The position numbers and the translations under genes were made by a program. A stretch of 59,782 nt of DNA from a virus (lineage: Duplodnaviria; Caudoviricetes). Location of the stretch: the IMG/VR virus record IMGVR_UViG_3300028840_006308, positions 1 through 59,782 of that record. One strand, given 5' to 3'. Of this stretch, positions 59,554 to 59,782 are shown piece by piece. Positions within the stretch are counted from its first letter, which is position 1, and each line of letters begins with the position of its first letter. The notes under the pieces were generated by a model. That model was not told the origin of the DNA, did not search any database, and worked only from the letters and a program-made list of their open reading frames with translations.

Positions 59554-59782
59554 TCTTCATCCCCCCAGTCGATGGCCCTCGCCTTGCGGTCGTAGTTGCC
59601 CTCGAGAATTTTCTCGAGGTTGCCTGGACGCAGGAACCACTCCGCGTTGGCTCGCCAGCCGCGGTCGTTGCCTCCGGTCAAAAACGGCGAGTCGGGAATC
59701 TTCTCGAGCGCGGCCTCGTACTCGTCCTTCCAGCCGTTGTCCTTCAGGCGAGCCGAGAGCAGCCGAGAGCGCTTCTGGCCGA
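59550..59782 (-). CDS. Phage replication initiator, 3' part
   Basis: Ends LEGNYDRKARAIDWGDED, TGA at 59550-59552. Confidence 0.8.
   Translation of the reverse strand, partial: GQKRSRLLSARLKDNGWKDEYEAALEKIPDSPFLTGGNDRGWRANAEWFLRPGNLEKILEGNYDRKARAIDWGDED
59639..59782. repeat. Terminal direct repeat, copy 2
   Basis: Identical to 1-144. Confidence 0.97.

Noticed and set aside
1-59782. CRISPR array, diversity-generating retroelement, retron or IS element
   Set aside because: No regularly spaced repeats, reverse-transcriptase motifs or transposase recognised.

Overview
The window looks like a complete circular, GC-rich bacterial virus genome of 59,638 bp. Bases 1-144 repeat exactly at 59639-59782, and a phage replication-initiator ORF reads intact across that junction. 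There are two transcription blocks. The + strand block (6.3-28.2 kb) resembles the virion module of a tailless, probably internal-membrane virus: a Com-like zinc finger, a transglutaminase-like Cys-His-Asp enzyme, very basic proteins with repeated [KR][KR]N[PY] motifs, a candidate single jelly-roll capsid protein, a tandem-duplicated (double jelly-roll-like) protein, spike proteins, and about nine C-terminally anchored membrane proteins, several of which share G[LM]G motifs. I could not recognise a terminase, portal, HK97 capsid, tail, packaging ATPase, DNA polymerase or endolysin. The - strand block (28.5 kb through the junction to 5.9 kb) is a dense array of short ORFs. It includes a full tmRNA, a Tad1-family sponge, a FliS flagellin chaperone, HU/IHF, an active plus an apparently dead mini tyrosine recombinase, a DNA methyltransferase with a poly-Cys tract, PAPS-reductase-like and radical SAM enzymes, and two leaders built from interleaved inverted repeats. 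The best candidate for an undescribed system is ATPase-independent assembly and maturation using the Com-like regulator, the transglutaminase-like enzyme and two families of short recognition motifs. All family calls are by-eye motif recognition; no searches were run.
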